The notes below the pieces were generated by a model. It saw nothing but the letters and a program-made list of their open reading frames with translations. It was not told the origin of the DNA and searched no databases. A stretch of DNA of 62,827 bases, counting the filler, from Sandaracinaceae bacterium (GTDB lineage: Bacteria; Myxococcota_A; Polyangia; Polyangiales; JADJQN01): the NCBI GenBank assembly GCA_947483975.1. It is 7 parts of 7 records of this genome, joined end to end, with 100 filler letters (N's around TTAATTAATTAA, not from the genome) between each part and the next. Parts side by side here need not be neighbours in the genome. Positions count along the whole stretch, not along the records: positions 54,186 to 62,827 come from CANKOL010000227.1; 6 more parts are not named here. One strand, written 5' to 3'. Of the stretch, positions 59,927 through 62,827 are shown piece by piece. A program made the translations under genes and the position numbers. Each line of letters starts with the position of its first letter. Position 1 is the stretch's first letter.

Positions 59927-60685
59927 ATGACGGAACCCGAGCTTCACGGCTACGCGCTGATCGCGCACTTCGCGCTCGGCGCGCTCACCTTCGCCGCGCT
60001 CTGGTTCGTCACGGCGCCGTATGGACGCCATGTGCGCGGCGGCTGGGGCCCGGCGATCAACCAGCGGCTCGCGTGGGTGCTGATGGAACTGCCGGCCGTC
60101 GGGCTCTGGGCGTTCGTGTATTTTCTCGGGCGGCACCGCTTTCAGCCGGGTCCGCTCGGGCTGCTCTTTCTCTGGCAGCTGCACTACGTCACGCGGACGT
60201 TCGTGTTTCCGTTTCGGATCCGCGCCGCGGGCAAGACGACGCCGCTGTCGATCGTCGCGCTGGCCGTCGTGTTCAACACGCTCAACGCCTACGTCAACGC
60301 GCGGTGGGTGTCGGAGCTGGGCTGTTATCCGGTCGACTGGCTCACGGACCCGCGCTTTCTCGCGGGCGCGGCGTGTTTCCTCGTCGGCTTTGGGATCAAT
60401 CAGCACGCGGACACCGTGCTGATGCGCCTGCGCCGACCTGGCGAGACTGGCTACAAGATCCCCTATGGCGGGCTCTATCGCTTCATCAGTTGCCCCAATT
60501 ACTTTGGGGAGATGCTCGAGTGGACGGGCTTCGCGCTCGCGAGTTGGTCCCTCCCGGGGCTCGCGTTCGCGCTCTACACCGTCGCCAACCTCGCGCCGCG
60601 CGCGGTGGCGAATCATCGGTGGTATCGCGCGAAGTTCCCCGACTACCCGAAGGAGCGCCGAGCGCTCCTCCCGTTTCTGATCTGA
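59927..60685 (+). CDS. 3-oxo-5-alpha-steroid 4-dehydrogenase (SRD5A/DET2-like)
   Basis: APYGRH, AW.LME.P, HY..R, IN.H.D..L..LR, YKIP.GGL....SCPNYFGE..EW, NLAPRA...H.WY..KF.DYP..R.AL.PF. Confidence 0.9.
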   Translation: MTEPELHGYALIAHFALGALTFAALWFVTAPYGRHVRGGWGPAINQRLAWVLMELPAVGLWAFVYFLGRHRFQPGPLGLLFLWQLHYVTRTFVFPFRIRAAGKTTPLSIVALAVVFNTLNAYVNARWVSELGCYPVDWLTDPRFLAGAACFLVGFGINQHADTVLMRLRRPGETGYKIPYGGLYRFISCPNYFGEMLEWTGFALASWSLPGLAFALYTVANLAPRAVANHRWYRAKFPDYPKERRALLPFLI

Positions 60686-60698
60686 AGCGCGAGCGCGC

Positions 60699-62827
60699 TC
60701 AGCGACGCCGGCGGCGCGCGCCGAGCAGCCCAGCGACTCCGAGCAGCACGGCGAGCGCGCCCGCTCCGCCGTCGCCGTCGGGCGCAGGCGCCACGCGGCA
60801 GCCGCAGCCACCGCTGTCGCGCGGCAGAATCGGCGTCACGCTGGCGTCGAGCTCGGCGCCTGCGTCGGGGGTCGAGCCCATATCGGGCTCGGCGCCGCCG
60901 TCGAGCGCACCGGCGTCGGGAGTGCCGCCGTCGAGCGTCGGCTCCTCCGCCGTGCACGACGCGCTGCAGCCGTCGCCCGCCGCGGTGTTGCCGTCGTCGC
61001 AGGTCTCGACTCCCGCCTGCACGAAGCCGTCTCCGCAGAGCGCGAGCTCACAGCTCGTCAGGCAGGCGTCGGTGTCCTCGCCGTTCGCGTCGTCGCACTG
61101 CTCGACTCCCGCGAGGACGAAGCCATCTCCACAGCTCGCGCTCTGGCAGGTGGACAGACACACATCGGTGTCGTCGCCGTTCCCGTCGTCGCAAGCCTCG
61201 GCCCCGACGTGCCGGAAGCCGTCTCCGCAGCTCGCGAGGAGGCACGTCGAGAGGCACGCGTCGAGGTTGGACGCGTTGCCGTCGTCGCAAGCCTCGGGCG
61301 CCTGCACGACGCCGTCTCCGCAGCTCGCGAGGGCGCAGGCGGCGCTGCAGCCGTCGCCGTCGACGGTGTTTCCGTCGTCGCAGGCCTCGACTCCCACGCG
61401 CAAATAGCCATCTCCGCACGCGGAGGCCACGCAGGAGTCGACGCAAGCGTCGGTGTTGGAGGTGTTGGCGTCGTCGCAGTCCTCGACTCCGGTCTGCGTG
61501 ATTCCGTCCCCGCAGCGCGCGGTGGTGCAGGAGGCCGTACACGCGTCGTTCGCGACGGTGTTTCCGTCGTCGCACTCCTCGCCCGCTTGGAGGATGGCGT
61601 CGCCGCAGCGGGCGGTGTTGCAGGTGTTGGAGCAGGCGTCGGTGTTGGTCGTGTTGCCGTCGTCGCAGGCCTCGCCGCTCTGCCGGATCCCGTCGCCGCA
61701 GCGCGCGAGCGTGCAGACGTTCGAGCACGCGTCGTCGTTGACGGTGTTGGCGTCGTCGCACTGCTCGCCCGCTTGCGTGATGCCGTCCCCGCAGGTCGCG
61801 GTGCGGCACGCGTTGGAGCAAGCGTCGGTGTCGACCGTGTTGCCGTCGTCGCAGGCCTCGCCGACCTGGACGATGCCGTCGCCGCAGACCGGGCCGACGC
61901 AGGTGTTCGAGCAAGCGTCGGTGTTGACGGCGTTGCCGTCGTCACAGGCTTCGACGCCGACGTACGTGTAGCCGTCGCCGCAGACCGCGTCGCGGCAGGC
62001 GTTCGTGCACGCATCGCCGTTCGAGGTGTTCGCGTCGTCGCACTGCTCGGCGCCCTGCCGGAAGCCGTCGCCGCAGCGCGCGAGCGTGCACGTGTTCGTG
62101 CAGGCGTCGGTGTTGATGGCGTTGCCGTCGTCGCAGCCCTCCGCGCCCTGCACGAAGCCGTCGCCGCAGCGGGCGTTCAGGCAGGTGTTCGTGCAGGCGT
62201 CGGTGTTGATCGCGTTGCCGTCGTCGCACTCCTCGGGGCCGTTTCGGGTCGCGTCGCCGCAGCGAATCCCGAGGGCGGTGCAGGTGGAGTTGCAAGCGCC
62301 ATAGGTGCCATTCGCGAGGCCGCTGTCACACGCCTCGCCGGCCTGTAGGACGCCGTCGCCGCAGAAGACCATCAGCGCGTATTCGTACGCGCCCATGTCG
62401 TGCTGCGCGCCGCCGATGCCGTTGCCGTCGAGGGGGCGAGTGCGCCCCTCGAGGTCGGTCGTCGGGGCGCCGGTGGCTGTGCCGGCGTCGATGGCGACGC
62501 TCGAGCCCTGCAGGTGCCGGTCGGTGGCGCTCACGAATTGCGGGTTCGCGCTGATCGAACCGGCGCCGGGTCCCGCGCCGTTGAAGTAGTTGCCAGAGGG
62601 GTTGTTCCAGACATCGCTGTAGTTGGCGATGAACGTCCCCGTCGAGTTGCGATAGAGGCCATAGCCGTTGTTCGTGATGATGGAGTTGGTCACGGTGACG
62701 GTGCGCGCGCTCGACGAGGAATTGGCGAGGATGGCGATCGACGCGTTCTGGTCGAGCGTGCAGCCGGCGATGGTCGAGTCGCTCGAGGTCACCGACTGCG
62801 TGAGGTTGATGCCGTAGGAGGAGCTGC
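60699..62827 (-). CDS. Surface protein with beta-helix/choice-of-anchor-Q-like region, ~15 DUF4215-type Cys repeats and C-terminal MYXO-CTERM; 5'-truncated
   Basis: S.AIDAG..D..G..R....DMGAYE; CGDG....E.CDDGN....D.C...C x15; C-terminal GGCGC..hydrophobic..RRRRR. Confidence 0.88.
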   Translation of the reverse strand, partial: SSSYGINLTQSVTSSDSTIAGCTLDQNASIAILANSSSSARTVTVTNSIITNNGYGLYRNSTGTFIANYSDVWNNPSGNYFNGAGPGAGSISANPQFVSATDRHLQGSSVAIDAGTATGAPTTDLEGRTRPLDGNGIGGAQHDMGAYEYALMVFCGDGVLQAGEACDSGLANGTYGACNSTCTALGIRCGDATRNGPEECDDGNAINTDACTNTCLNARCGDGFVQGAEGCDDGNAINTDACTNTCTLARCGDGFRQGAEQCDDANTSNGDACTNACRDAVCGDGYTYVGVEACDDGNAVNTDACSNTCVGPVCGDGIVQVGEACDDGNTVDTDACSNACRTATCGDGITQAGEQCDDANTVNDDACSNVCTLARCGDGIRQSGEACDDGNTTNTDACSNTCNTARCGDAILQAGEECDDGNTVANDACTASCTTARCGDGITQTGVEDCDDANTSNTDACVDSCVASACGDGYLRVGVEACDDGNTVDGDGCSAACALASCGDGVVQAPEACDDGNASNLDACLSTCLLASCGDGFRHVGAEACDDGNGDDTDVCLSTCQSASCGDGFVLAGVEQCDDANGEDTDACLTSCELALCGDGFVQAGVETCDDGNTAAGDGCSASCTAEEPTLDGGTPDAGALDGGAEPDMGSTPDAGAELDASVTPILPRDSGGCGCRVAPAPDGDGGAGALAVLLGVAGLLGARRRRR

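Overview
This is GC-rich bacterial sequence, most likely Myxococcota, judging from MYXO-CTERM tails, Cys-rich repeat proteins and a PilZ protein. It is not one locus. Seven contigs of about 8.6-9.1 kb, in decreasing length order, are joined by six artificial 100-bp spacers (N44-TTAATTAATTAA-N44), so gene neighbourhoods are meaningful only within a contig. Contig 1 has a CAP protein, a structured 1-kb intergenic region with a 10-copy 40-42 bp palindromic tandem array and REP-like repeats, a hicAB toxin-antitoxin pair, and a CoA-activase operon with a divergent TetR. Contig 2 has a TIG/Kelch protein, an HD-GYP regulator, a glutaredoxin-like lipoprotein, a lipase, PilZ, SRPBCC, VKOR-DsbA and an OmpA-like protein. 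Contig 3 has an ECF sigma factor, a PLP dehydratase, a hybrid kinase, rhodanese-MoeB and aat. Contig 4 has an APH-like kinase plus APS kinase, a decayed TrpB2 pseudogene, a hemerythrin/DUF2249/membrane trio and acyl-CoA genes. Contig 5 has Hsp70/DUF2760, a GNAT, a class II amidotransferase and a >1690-aa Cys-rich surface protein with an internal MYXO-CTERM followed by a second, lipoprotein-like signal. Contig 6 has VanW, coaBC, kdd, a Sua5/YciO protein, infA, apaG, tRNA-Gln, tRNA-Glu, mutT and TolC. Contig 7 has a SpoIVB-like peptidase, a receiver protein, a HAD hydrolase, mgtA, a methyltransferase, a steroid 5-alpha-reductase-like gene and a DUF4215/MYXO-CTERM protein. The best novelty candidates are the two-signal Cys-rich putative polyprotein and the palindromic, helically phased tandem array. 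All family calls come from motif recognition by eye; no database searches were run.
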